Positions 42,023 to 55,765 are shown, counted from the first letter of the stretch. The stretch is DNA of 64,000 nucleotides from Octopus sinensis (GCF_006345805.1 NC_042997.1:104036001-104100000), one strand, 5' to 3'. Notes: generated from the letters alone by a model not told the origin. Numbers and translations: made by a program.

Positions 42023-42933
42023 CTAGCAGTATCGCCCGGCGTTGCTCGGGTTTGTAAGGGAAATAACTATAAAGCATTTTTAGAGAGGTATAGCCAAAAA
42101 ATAGCAAAAAAATGCATTAAAAATGGAAAAAAAACTATAGTAGATTTTTTTGGAATCGTTGACTCATCGTAGACATTTTTAGAGAGTTACTTCCCTTATA
42201 TAATAGCAAAAAAATGCATTAAAATGGAAAAAAATGATGGTAAATTATTTTTAAAATCGTAGACTCATCGTAGACACACGCTAATACCCAGAAGGGCTTG
42301 ATATGAATCACGACTATAAGATATCCGGTTTTGGTTAAACTGCACCGCAAAATGTGGGAGTAGTTAGGAATCTAAATCGTAGGAGACAGACACACAACTT
42401 CACTTTTATATATAAAGATTTGTGCAACAACTAAAACATTCGGTTGTGCAAATTGTTTGCACAGGAAACCTGCCCTGTGTGGCGGTATTTGCCGTTTTTG
42501 TGGATCTGTTTCAGCTTTTTTAGCGATTTCTGTTTTGGTGGCTTCAAGCCATGAAGTCGTTGTTCTAAAAGAACGGTGGTCTCCTTGACAACGCTTTACG
42601 ACGTTGATTTCCTTACACTCCCTTCCCCACAGCTTCACGAGGGAGGGAAGAAGGGGGAGAAGCAACACAGGTGCAGGTGTGAGCATGGACGCCAACTCCG
42701 CCGCCATCGACACACGAAAAAATATGCGTTAAAATGGAAAAAAAATTATGGTAAATTATTTTTAAAATCGTAGACTCATCGTAGACTCGCGCTAATACCC
42801 AGACGGGCTCGATATGAATCACGACTATAAGATACCCGAATTTGGTTAAACTGCACTGCAAAATGTGGGAGTAGTTAGGAATCTAAATCGTAGGAGACAG
42901 ACACTCACACAACTTCACTTTTATATATATAGA
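42023..42933 (-). mobile_element. Composite non-autonomous Helitron: two 5' modules, about 300 bp of intervening DNA and one 3' end
   Basis: 3' hairpin plus CTAG|T at 42023; A|TC 5' ends at 42418 and 42933; 42715-42933 duplicates about 42205-42418. Confidence 0.8.
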
Positions 42934-45679
42934 TATTGTCTACTTAGTGGCCTTCATAAAGAGAAATAAGTGAGAAGGTTTGTTTGATTGGGTGTCAGAA
43001 AGAGATAGAGAGCTAGCGAAAGAGATAGAGAGAGAAAGAGAAAGAGAGATTGAAAAAGTGGGAGAGAGAGAGAGAGAGAGAGAGAATTTATACGAAACAT
43101 ACAAGCAGTAAAATGACTACTCCTTTATGGCTATCGAACTTACACCATCTTTCCGTGAATACAAATACTTATGGGTTAACTGGAATTTCCTCGTAGAATG
43201 TAAGCATGACTTTGTCAAGCACATTTTTCCTTTGTTTTTCCGTAAGCTGACATAAGATCAGCAAGCTCAACAAAGACATTAAAATCGCCATCGAACTCTT
43301 ATAAAAATGGTTTAACTGCGCTACTAGATGCTAGATTTCTCCATATCTAAAAGGGGATCTTTACCTTTTGACCTACAGATTTAAAAAATAATTTTTTGTT
43401 ACTAAACATTTTCAAAGTTCGGACACTGGTAGAATGAGTCATATAAAACATATTTTACTCTTAGCATTTTTGAGAAAAACTTACATTTACGAAGTAATTT
43501 CACGTTAAAGCGGTCCTATTTCGGTAATTTCAACCAGTTAATGACGTGTATTCTGCTGAATAAAATTACTGCGGCTGTTTGTCAACAAGAACTTACAGCG
43601 GTGTAATTTTCGTTCGTCACTGGTAATGCTATGCAATCATGAGACATTTGTTTGAGAGTTTTTGGTAAGTGCTATACTTTTTTGCTTTGACAGAGTAAAT
43701 TCGTATACTGCTCTTCCGATATTTTTAAGAATACAAGCGTTTGCAAATATTTAGAAAAAATTATTTTCTATAAGGGAACCGTTTTAGTTTATTTTATTTT
43801 AATTTGCTCATAATTAAAAACGATTTAGAGGGCTGCTTCTTTCATATTCACACTCATTCAACTAATTCCAACTAAAATATTCTGTGTTGTTTTGATTTAA
43901 TTATTTTCTTAATTGATTATCATATCTGTAACTTTGACTCAAGCACTGGATTACATTTCCTTTCCGTTATAGCCAGATGTGTTGTTGTATAATTTCTATA
44001 TAGATAATATCTATTATGTGAGAAACTATTTTCACGAATAATACACAAATATATTATTGAAACCGTAATTTACTGCGGTATTCGCCCTGAGATAATATCA
44101 CTTATAGGCGTACAATATCAAAGAACACAAAAGTACATAAGTAGTTTTGAAAAATCGGCTAGCAATACTAACGGCATTGCAAAACGTGCATCCCGACCTC
44201 TTAGGGCTTCGTTCTGTTAAATCAGCAGAAAATTACTGGAAAATACTTGCTACTGACGAAGCTGAGGGAAGCAGAAATGCGTATTCAGCAATGAGCGCAG
44301 CTGGACGATTTTCTGAGTTTTCTTTTAAATACTGTACCTCTATAAGAGATACTATCTGTTATGGGCGATAGAAGCAGCATTAGCTTAAAATAGCAATCTG
44401 TGAATCATACTAAAAGCAGATATATATTATTTAAACTCTAATTTACTGCGGTATTCGAGCGAATACTGCCATATATCAAACTAGTTTCTCATGCCACCTG
44501 TTGAATAAACAGCTGCCGAGATATTTCTACAAGTAAGGAACATAAACATTAATTTACACTGCTGAGAAGTAATGAGAGCAGAAGCAAAACGAGTATTATA
44601 ATTTCCGTTGCCTGGTGGTAGAAAAAAGCATTCAATGATCTGTGTGTCAATAGAAAGTGTCGTGTAATTCTAATATATTTTACATTGCTCATTAACATAT
44701 AAAAAAAAACTTCCTTGGTGGTACGTAATGTATTACATCAACATTTTCGCGAGCCGTAGACCAACAAAACAGCCAGCCACCCAACCAACCAACCACCCAA
44801 CCAACCAACCAACCACCCAACCAATCACAGGTTATCGATTCATAAGCGCTACAACGACTGCGTGGTGCAATCTTTTATGCAGAAGTAACCAGTACAATTA
44901 CTCTTATAGTTAAAGCTAACAGATATACAGTACCGGCTTCATCTGGCTTCCAGAAATCTGGAAATATAGTGCAATATAAAACAATATATTATGTTTCCTG
45001 CACTGAGTTAACAGACCCTATTTATGAAGCTGGTTAATTTGCATAGTTTTGTTATTTACATTTCGAGTGGACTAGCAAAGACTAAGTACATCCTAATTTA
45101 GAATTGAATAAATTTGTACCTGTATGTGCTAAATGAAATCATGTCTTTTTACCATTCCTCGTTTGATTTTCATTCTATAAACATTATAATCTAAGCATAG
45201 TATAGTATGATACAGTTCAAGAATTTTAAGTGGATTAATAAATATCAAACAAACTATTCCATTGAATCTATTAAATAAAAGTTAACTCTTTACTTTTCAT
45301 TGTTTATTTGAGTATATTTAGACTGTCTCCACTTTATCAGTGTCTTCACTATCCACAACTTTTGCATTATAATAAATATATAACCATGAACATAAAATAA
45401 AATGATGAGTTATCAAAATTTTTATATTCAAAATGATGCTTTCACTAAGCTCTACATTCAGGAAAGAAAAAAATGTCACACTGTGACATTCAAATAAAAT
45501 AAACCCACGCTTGGGTTTCATGATGTTGGTAGAATACACACACACACACACACACACAAACACGCGCGCGCGCGCATACACACATATACACACCAACACA
45601 CACTCACACACATGCGCACATACAAACAAAAAAAACATTATGCACAGATTCATGTATGGCTTTGTGTGTGCCTCAGTGC

Positions 45680-45731
<52 letters not shown>

Positions 45732-45809
45732 CGTATATACGTGAGCACATGACCGACTAGGCTATCAAATGATGTTACACATCGCAATTCACAATGCATT
45801 TTACATTGG

Positions 45810-46011
45810 TTTAGCCTTCAGATGACGTCACTCCGCTGGTTTGCGAGGAGGCTGATATCTCCCACTCCGATTGAAAGGGAGACTGGAGCAAGGTGAAATG
45901 AAGTGTTTTGCTCGAATAATAAAACGCACTGCAAAATCAAGAAATCGAACCCACGATCTACCGATCGTGAGTGCATAAACCTAACCTAATTACAAGGCCA
46001 CACGCCTTCAC
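45810..46011 (-). mobile_element. tRNA-derived SINE family S4, degenerate
   Basis: Minus-strand head GTGAAGGCGTGTGGCC...CACGATCGGTAGATCGTGGGTTCGATT, then a TTGCTCCAGTC body motif. Confidence 0.7.
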
Positions 46012-46232
46012 ACACACACACACCCACACACGCACATCGTCAATTCAAATAAACAATCAATTAAAAAGAAAACGAATGCTAAAATTACCGGTCAATAAGA
46101 GGACGTGCACAAAGAATGTATTAGCTAGACGCTCGATGAAAAGAGATAGTTTGGCGTTTCGAGCACAACACATCGTCGGAAAGTAGAAAGAGAAAATTCT
46201 GAAGAAAGAAAAGGATTCGCCAACAGCACGTA

Positions 46233-46313
<81 letters not shown>

Positions 46314-46321
46314 TACGAATG

Positions 46322-46620
46322 CTTTAGTTCACTGGTGATCTAAATGAAGAGGTACGTTGAGTAAGTGCTATAACTGATCATCCGTTAGGTTCCAATTCCA
46401 CAGCTAAGACTGGAGCTAGGGATCCGTATTAGGCTTCCATGTTAGCAGATATATATTAGAGGGAAATGACAACAGAAACCAAGGCAGGACGTGTAACCCA
46501 AGTCATTTATAATAATTTATTTAGGGTAGGATAAGGTAAGATGTATTGGAAGTATTATAGCTGTCCCAAGTCATAGGCTAATATGTCCGTTCACTGGGTA
46601 TTCTGTCATCAGAGACAAGG
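46322..46620 (+). repeat. Unclassified interspersed repeat, copy 2
   Basis: Homologous to 11215-11495. Confidence 0.65.
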
Positions 46621-46865
46621 TATGTATGAAAGTTCTAGACAGGGAAATTCATATTTTATAAGGAATAAAATAGAAGTATATAGAGTAAAAGTAGATAAAA
46701 GACTACAGACTGGAAAATAAAGTTCATGCATATGTATGCGTGTGTTTATGTAATTCAAATATATAAAGCTTAAGGAAGCAACGTTTTTATTTATTTATTA
46801 TAGGCAGAAACTTGTGATGTTTCACAAGATATAACGTAAAGTTTTATTATTTGAAATATATTTAT

Positions 46866-47280
46866 ATAGGCGTAGGAGTGGTTGTGTGGTAAGTAACTTG
46901 CTTACGAACCACATGGTTCCGGGTTCAGTCCCACTGCGTGGCACCTTGGGCAAGTGTCTTCTACTATAGCCTCGGGCCGACCAAAGCCTTGTGAGTGGAT
47001 TTGGTAGACGGAAACTTAAAGAAGCCCGTCGTATATATGTATATATATATGTATGTGTATATGTTTGTGTGTCTGTGTTTCTCCCCCCACCCAACATCGA
47101 TTGACAACCCGATGCTGGTGTGTTTACGTCCCCGTAACTTAGCGGTTCGGCAAAAAGACCGATAGAATAAGTACTAGGCTTACAAAGAATAAGTCCTGGG
47201 GTCGATTTGCGCGACTAAAAGGTGGTGCTCCAGCATGACCCCGGTCAAATGACTGAAACAAGTAAAAGAGTAAAGAGTAT
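46866..47280 (+). mobile_element. SINE family S1, full length
   Basis: tRNA-like head with B box (GGGTTCAGTCC), internal TA/TG tract and tail ...GAAACAAGTAAAAGAGTAAAGAGT. tRNA-derived SINEs (OK/OR1/OR2) are described from octopus; family not assigned here. Confidence 0.9.
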
Positions 47281-48206
47281 ATCTTAAATCTTCAACTATC
47301 ATAAGTTCTTTTCAAGATCCTTATTTATCTTGTTCTTTTAAAATCAATTTTTCTTGCCTAAGCCCCACATTCTAGAAAAATACTTTTCAATCCATCATAA
47401 ATGGTAGTAAGACTATGGTATTCATTGCTACTGTTAGCAGACCCAATTCCAGTCGTTAATACTCATATTGTTTTTCTCTTTATACATGTTATTCAGACGA
47501 ATAAAATACGTAATTAATAAATAATAAGCTCATATTTCTAGATGCTAGACACATTTCAATTAGATATATTACACGAAGCCGGATGTTTCGTGATAATTTA
47601 TTAGTTATTTCATTTTATGTAACTAACAACACTTTTTGAAAGATTTTTTTATATATAAGTATTGCAAGTTGATCAGCGAAAGGATACCGGATCAACTAAT
47701 GATTACAGAAAATGCAAAACATTTCATACTGGAAAACTTTAAAAGGTAAATATATTTCAAATAGTTAAATAGTTTGTTCTCAAAGTCCCCTCACACCGGT
47801 ATATCACGTGTGTGTTATGAACATATATATGAAAATTATTTAATAGAAAAAGTATGTTTTATGTGCTACTAATAGTTTCACATGTTGAGAAATTCCTGAC
47901 AGATATATTAATCAAGCACAAACAACATAACATAACGAATTGAAAATTGAATGAGAGAAGAAATGCGATAAGTTGAGAAGCAAGCATATAGAAAACATAG
48001 AAGGTTAAAAAACGGAAATCGGAAAACGAAAGACTAAAAAGTAAAAAGTAAAAGTGGCAATGGTTACCAGAAAATACAATACTTTTCATACTAGAAATAT
48101 ATACACACACACATTTAAATACACATCGCACACTCGCACATACACACACATACATATATGCATGATTATGTATGTATAGATATATAGATATACATGCACA
48201 CACACA

Positions 48207-48254
<48 letters not shown>

Positions 48255-48489
48255 AATATATATGTATGTATATAAGTATAGGCATGGTTTTGTATATGCC
48301 TCCCAGCGCATGACACTGGATGTCGGTTTCTCTCTGGTCACAGCCATTCGTCAACCATACAACGATACAATTAATACCAAACTTCTGGTCAATTTCATTG
48401 GCTAACCATTAGTTCAAGATGGTGTTCCACAATTGTTGAAACATATATATCTATATCTATCTGAAGATATCTACGTTTCTGCGAATGTG

Positions 48490-49342
48490 AAGACGGACAA
48501 AATATTGTTACTGCTTAGTATTTCGCTCGGCGTGCTAAACAATCCTCCAGCTCGTCACCCCGGTAATAATAATACTTAGGCACAAGTCCTGAAATTTTGC
48601 AGGGAGGGGGTTAGTCAATTACATCAACTCCAGTGTATGACTGGTACTTATGTTATCAATCCCAAAAAGATGAATGACAAACTCGACCTCGGCGGAATTT
48701 GAACTCAAAGCACAAAGACAGACGGAATGCGACTAAGCATTTTGCCTAGCATGTTAACTTTACCGCCAACTCACCGCCTTAATAATAATTATAAAATTGC
48801 AGTACAGGCTCAAGGCCTGAAATTTGGAGGGATGGGGCTAGTCGATTACATCTACCCTAGTGTGTGACTGGTACTTAATTTATCGACTCCGAAAGGATGA
48901 CTGGCAAAGTCGTCCTCGGTGGAATTTGAACTCAAAAATTGAAAACGAACGGAACGCCGCTAAGCATTTTGCCCAGCGCGCTAACATTTCCGCCATCTTG
49001 GAAAGAATATCATTAGTAAAAACACTTCACTCATTGAAGAAAAAATTCATTAGTTTATTTGAGTTTTGGGTACCTGTTTGAAAATAGAGAGGAGGAGTAA
49101 CCGACAAGAGGCGTACAACAGCTAAATTCAGAGAATAGTTGAAATCTCAAAAGATCCTTTGTTCTAAGGCACAAGGCCAGGGATTTGGAACATCTACTCT
49201 AGTGAATCACTGGTACTAAACTTATCAACCCAGAAAGGTGAAGTCGATCTCGGCGAAATTTGAACTCAGAACATAAAGACTGACGAAATGCGGTATTTTT
49301 TTTTGCCCGGCGTGCTAATGATTCTGCCAAATTGCCGCCTTT
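48490..49342 (-). mobile_element. Cluster of four co-oriented S2 SINE copies
   Basis: Copies at about 48490-48560, 48570-48780, 48800-49000 and 49150-49342. Confidence 0.8.
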
Positions 49343-49827
49343 GAAATCTCTAAATATAGGAAGAACATATCTTAAGAAAACTGGGTAATAATTCCACGAA
49401 TCCACAATATTTGTGATAATGTGTGTATTCATGTACGTGTGTGTGTGTGGATATATATTTATATATATGCATATACACACACACACACACATATTTTACT
49501 TATGTGTATGTGCATATACAAGTATATATGTATATGTGTGCCATATGTGTGTCAGCATTAATATATATATGTGTGTGTGCGCGAGCATACATAAATGTAT
49601 ACATACAGATATAGAGAAATATGCATGCCCGTAGTTAGAGTCACAGAGAGATAAAGGGAAAGAGGGAGAGTGAGAAAGACTGTGAGAGAGGGATTTTATT
49701 CACACGCACAAATACACCTACATATATAATAACCATTCAAACATATACATACACATTTATATTGGTGTATGCTAATTTATATATATACATATATGTGTGT
49801 TCTGTGCATATACATATACGTATATGC

Positions 49828-49859
<32 letters not shown>

Positions 49860-50058
49860 GTGCGCACACGAACACACGCACACGCGCACACATGTATATG
49901 TATATATAAATATTCAGAGACAGAAAGAGACAGAGTATGAGATGAGTGGAGAAAGATGTATTCACACACACACACTCGCACACACATACATATAAATACA
50001 CTTGCACACATATACATATATGTGTGCGCGCATATGTGTATGCGTGTGTGTATACATT

Positions 50059-50094
<36 letters not shown>

Positions 50095-50107
50095 ATATAT
50101 ATAATAT

Positions 50108-50149
<42 letters not shown>

Positions 50150-50241
50150 CATATAAACATATATATATATATATATATGCTCATATATACATATATATTT
50201 ATATATATAAATACATATGTGTATATATATTTATATATATT

Positions 50242-50318
<77 letters not shown>

Positions 50319-51102
50319 GCTGCAGAGTTTGCTAGGTAAGGTAGTTACCGAAGCAGCTTTTGAATTAATCCAGTGGGTTCAATGAGATCACGGCCTGTCA
50401 CGATTTAAATAATCTAGTGATATTTCATCGATAAAAAGGCGATCTGCACGTCCGTCTCCTCCAGAACTCTTTCAGAACTAACTAACTGACACTATCGTCA
50501 GCGGCATCATCACTAGAATCGCTGTCATCAACGTCATCAACATCATCGATATTATGTTGTCCTTGTCATCGACACCAATGACGCCATGGACAGCAGAACC
50601 AGAATGGAATGACATTCGTCACACACATCCACCTCACCTCCACCTATTTTTCTGTTCTATGGCTGACGCAAATATTATCACCGTTTTGCCACCACTACCA
50701 ACGTCGCTATCAGTACCGTCACCGTCATCAACTTAAACCAGCGCGGCAATTACCGCTGCAACTATTACCACAGCTTACCACCGCCACCACCGCAACTGAA
50801 ATAACAACAATAATAACAACAACAACAACAGCAACAACACTAATAACAACGGCAGGAACAATCACAACAGTCATTACCAATTTAATACTATCACCTGCTT
50901 GCATCAGCATCAACAGCACCCACCAAAAATATAATGAAAACTGATGCGATTTGCAGATATTAAAATTAAACTAAAGGAGCACGAACGAGGGAGAGAGAAA
51001 GGGAAGATAGAGCGTTACAGATAGAAAGGCACTGAGAATGAACAGAGATTGCAATATGCATATATATATATATACACACACATGATATGCATATTTTTCT
51101 TT

Positions 51103-51142
<40 letters not shown>

Positions 51143-51184
51143 CTTATATACAGATATATGTATACATCTATGCATATATGTATG

Positions 51185-51219
<35 letters not shown>

Positions 51220-51306
51220 TATATATATAATATATATTATAATATATATATATTGCACACACACACATACATATATAAATATATGTGTGTGCATACTATA
51301 GTCAGT

Positions 51307-51341
<35 letters not shown>

Positions 51342-51880
51342 ATAGATAGAGATAGATAGACAGACAGACAGATAGATAGATAGCTCGATAGATAGATAAA
51401 TGTACTATATGTTGCTCTCTCTTACTCCCTCTCTCTTGTTATACATATACACACATACACATACATACATTCATACATACATACATACATGCATACATAC
51501 ACATACATACATACATACATACACATATATGCATATAAATACATATATATATATATATATAGAAAGGGGGGAGTGAGAGAATAACACACACATACACACA
51601 CATACACATAGACACACTGAAACATACACAGTGAACTGGTGGTTTAAGGCAGCGAAAATTCAGAGGAAGAAGAAAGGAACAGACGGAATAGCAAAACCTG
51701 ACAGAGAGGAAGGAAGGAGAGTACGGTGAGAAAGAAACTTCAGAGATTGAATATTGTAGGAATGGAAAGAGAATGGATTATGTCAAGCAAAGACGATAAC
51801 TCTAATCGCTTTATTCTACCTCTCGACAGCTGTCAACTTAGCAGATACATTATATATCGACTTGACAGTTGCATATTCCA

Positions 51881-51980
51881 NNNNNNNNNNNNNNNNNNNN
51901 NNNNNNNNNNNNNNNNNNNNNNNNNNNNNNNNNNNNNNNNNNNNNNNNNNNNNNNNNNNNNNNNNNNNNNNNNNNNNNNN
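51881..51980. other. Assembly gap (100 N)
   Basis: Run of N. Confidence 1.
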
Positions 51981-52772
51981 TTGACTCGGTTTACAGCTTA
52001 GTGAAGGAAACGAGTTATGTGACAATATACGATGGCAAATGCTCAATGTCCAGGATTCTCATGAAATGCCACAGGTTTAACGCGTCTGCTTCATCAGTGA
52101 CGGCATATGGAGTTATATGATCACACGGTAGAGAAGAGAAACTCGTTTCTTTCACAAAAGAAAAAAGAAAAAGACAATCTACAAGGGATTTCATATCTTT
52201 TCTGTTTGGCTATCAGTTCTCAATTTCTTTATTTTTTATTCAATTGATTTCATATTTGGGGTATTGGTGTAGTTTTGAATGGCAACTATTGACATGAAAC
52301 TCATTTTCGCCATAAATAAATAAATAGATAAAGAGTTAATAGCTTTTATAGCTTGCAAATTTTGAGCAATTTTAGAAAATCGGAAACCACAGACATACAG
52401 GTACCTGTTTCCATAGTAACAAGCCAAGCTGTTACCCGTTGCTTACCCACGGGGTCATTTTTCGCTTTTCAAATGCGTAAAGCACATGAGGTATGAGGTG
52501 GTCGTGAGATGTGCAGTCACACACGATGTGACATCTTCCAAATCCTGCTTTTTGGCATTGTAAAAATTATCAAAATTTAAAGCTGTAACATTAATTTGTT
52601 TTCTGGCAAAGTGAATTAGCCCTTGAGATTCAGCATGGAAAATTGCATCAATACACCAAATTTCTAAATTTTTACTAAATTTTAAAATTTCGGCAGATGC
52701 AATCAAACAGAAAATATCCGCAAATTCAAGTAAGCCATTATGGTCAACCGATAATATAAATATAATATGAAA

Positions 52773-53143
52773 TCTCTCTCTATATAAACGGCAGTTTGTC
52801 TGTGCGTGTTTCTGTGTGTCTGTTTGCTTGTACCCTCACCCTGACCACGGCTTTCAACCGATTCTGATGAAACTTGACACACACATAGCCCAATGTCATA
52901 ATTCAAAACTAACGCAGCGAAAATTTTGAAAGGTTCCCCCAGTTCTGAAGAAATCGATAAATTCAACATGGGGTCGAGAATCGGAAACACAAACCGCAAA
53001 CTGTCTAGGGGACGCAACTCCACCTTTTTTAACTAAAAAAAGAATTTACCATCATTTTTTGCTATTTTTGGGCTATAACTCTCTAAAAATGCTTTATAGT
53101 TATTTCCCTTACAAACCTGAGCAACGCCGGGCGATACTGCTAG
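52773..53143 (+). mobile_element. Complete non-autonomous Helitron
   Basis: A|TC...hairpin CCTGAGCAACGCCGGG...CTAG|T; inserted between A and T with no TSD. Confidence 0.9.
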
Positions 53144-53286
53144 TATAATATAAAATGAAAGAAATGAACACTTTCGACCTGATCTGCTGGGAGTTAGCTT
53201 CATATCAGCCTATTTGTGGTTACGAACCAAGCAACACATAACCGCTGCTCATAGCGATGAGCGAAGGACTGAAACTGTCTCTCAAA

Positions 53287-53349
<63 letters not shown>

Positions 53350-53410
53350 ATATATATATAATATATATATATATATATCTAACTATCTATCTGTCTATCT
53401 ATCTATCTAC

Positions 53411-53466
<56 letters not shown>

Positions 53467-54173
53467 TTATCGATCTATCTGTCAGTCTGTCTATCTGTCT
53501 GTCTGTCTATCTGTCTATCTATCGAGAGCGCATAATTATACGTGATGCATGCGCATGTGTGTTCATATATATACATATATAAACGAACTTGGAAGTGGTT
53601 GGGTGGCGTTCAGTTAAATAATAATATTGTCTATCTACTCCTCATTTAGAGCATTCAACGACAATATGAATTTTCAAAGACAGTTGCTCCCATAAATTAC
53701 AAAATAAACCTCTTGATTTGTGGAGCTTCAAAGTTGGGAACAGAAACAAGGAAACCGAACGAAAATAAATATGGAGGGTCGTTTGACCAGAACGACAAGA
53801 AAATAGTGTACGCTGGGAAAAATATTTTCTTTGAAATGAGAAAAGAGAAGAGGGAAAAAAACGTCCTATCGTTAGAACGTCTTGCAGGAAAAGAAAGATG
53901 GTCACGTGAGGAAAAGACTGATAGACCAGAGTCACCTGTGAGCAACGAGAGAAAGAGAGAGAGAAACGGAAAGAAGGAAGAAAGAGATGGATAGAAAACG
54001 GTGAAAGGGAGAAAAAGCGAATTAGAGAAGGATGGGAGAGTGACCAATATAGAGTAGAGTCGCATCAAAAAGGTTAAGCTAAACTTATTTGGAAATGGAT
54101 GTGTTGCGTTCAATTAAAAATATTATAAATAGTATATATGTATATAGATATACATATATATACATATATGGAT

Positions 54174-54274
<101 letters not shown>

Positions 54275-54989
54275 ATAATATATATATTATATATATATAT
54301 ATATTATATATATATAATATCTTCATATAAATGCATATATGTGTACATGGAAAAATGCAAGCATGAAAACGTAATATTCTTAAGATTATAAACCTGGAAA
54401 AGTAAAGGACAAATTATTACACCTGTAAAAGTATAGGACAAACTATTACTTCAAGTAAAGTAAAGAATAAGAAATTTTTACTTAAAATATTGCAGCAAAG
54501 AATGCCAGTTAAGCATTTCATCCAGCGCGCTAACATTGATTTTAGAAATATATTCTTTAATTCTTATAGCTGAAGTATTACTCCCTTACTCTCTTACTTA
54601 CTGACACGAAATTTCGTGGCATTTCACCCCATAACTTTTCTTCTACTAATTTTTGTTCAACACGACTAACAACTCTGAATTCTTCATACATTTTTCTATC
54701 GTTTAAGCCTAAGAAAAGTATACTTTTATTTTAAACTTAAAAAGTTTATATTAATTGAAGGCGAATAGGTGCCTTACTGCCTCGCCCCTTGAGGTCGCAG
54801 ATATTTTGATGTAACTTTTTTTCTACTGAACCAAATGTCTAACTATTTATGCCAAAGTATAGCTGAGGAGATGTCCTCTTAAAAACTGTTAACAGTTTGC
54901 AATTTAGTTGTGAACTGCGATTGATGAAATGGAGGACTTAAGAATATATTCAACCACTACCGTGGTTGTACGAATTATGTATACATATG

Positions 54990-55539
54990 TCTTATATAAA
55001 ATCCGTTCTGTCTGTGTATGTGTCTTCTCGGATCTCGGGCGTCCTCCATCCGATTGCGCTCAAATTTGATACGTAGATACCGGTGGTATCAGGGCGTGTA
55101 TAAGTCTTGAAAAAATTACAAAAATCGATTCCAGGTGACAATGCGATCGATAAACCCGCTTTCGTCCTGCTTTTCTTCCGTCAACCTGTACATAACTGCA
55201 CCTTCCATTTTTTGTTGTTTTTGTACTGCTTAAAGACACATCTCTTTCCTGCCAAGCTTACTATTTAAACCATGTTTGTGTTCTTCCAGTCAACAGCCTT
55301 ATCATTACTGGTACTTTAAACTATTCAGTTGCATATTTGTGTGAATAAAATCGTTTTTCTTTGGAATATAAAAAAGCCTACCTTTATTTCTTCTTTTGCT
55401 GGTGTCTCAAATTTAGGTTAAATCAGTGTTTCTCAAAATGGAGGCCTATGGGACGGTCGGACAAGTTGTTTTGAGAAAATTTGGTTTACATGTTTGACAA
55501 GTCAACACCGTCCATTGGACGGGGGGGGGTGTTTCCTCG
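54990..55539 (+). mobile_element. Helitron-like family H2 copy C, with a different cargo
   Basis: Same ends and core as copies A and B; a unique 152-bp insert at 55155-55306. Confidence 0.8.
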
Positions 55540-55601
55540 TACATCTATGTACTATCTATCTATCTATCTATCTATACATACATACATACGTACATGTGTA
55601 T

Positions 55602-55671
<70 letters not shown>

Positions 55672-55688
55672 ATATATACACATGTACG

Positions 55689-55729
<41 letters not shown>

Positions 55730-55765
55730 ATATACACGCACACATATATATATATATGCATATGT

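Noticed and set aside
53713-53994. 93-aa K/E/R-rich ORF
   Set aside because: Composition follows the purine-rich GA tract; no recognisable motif.
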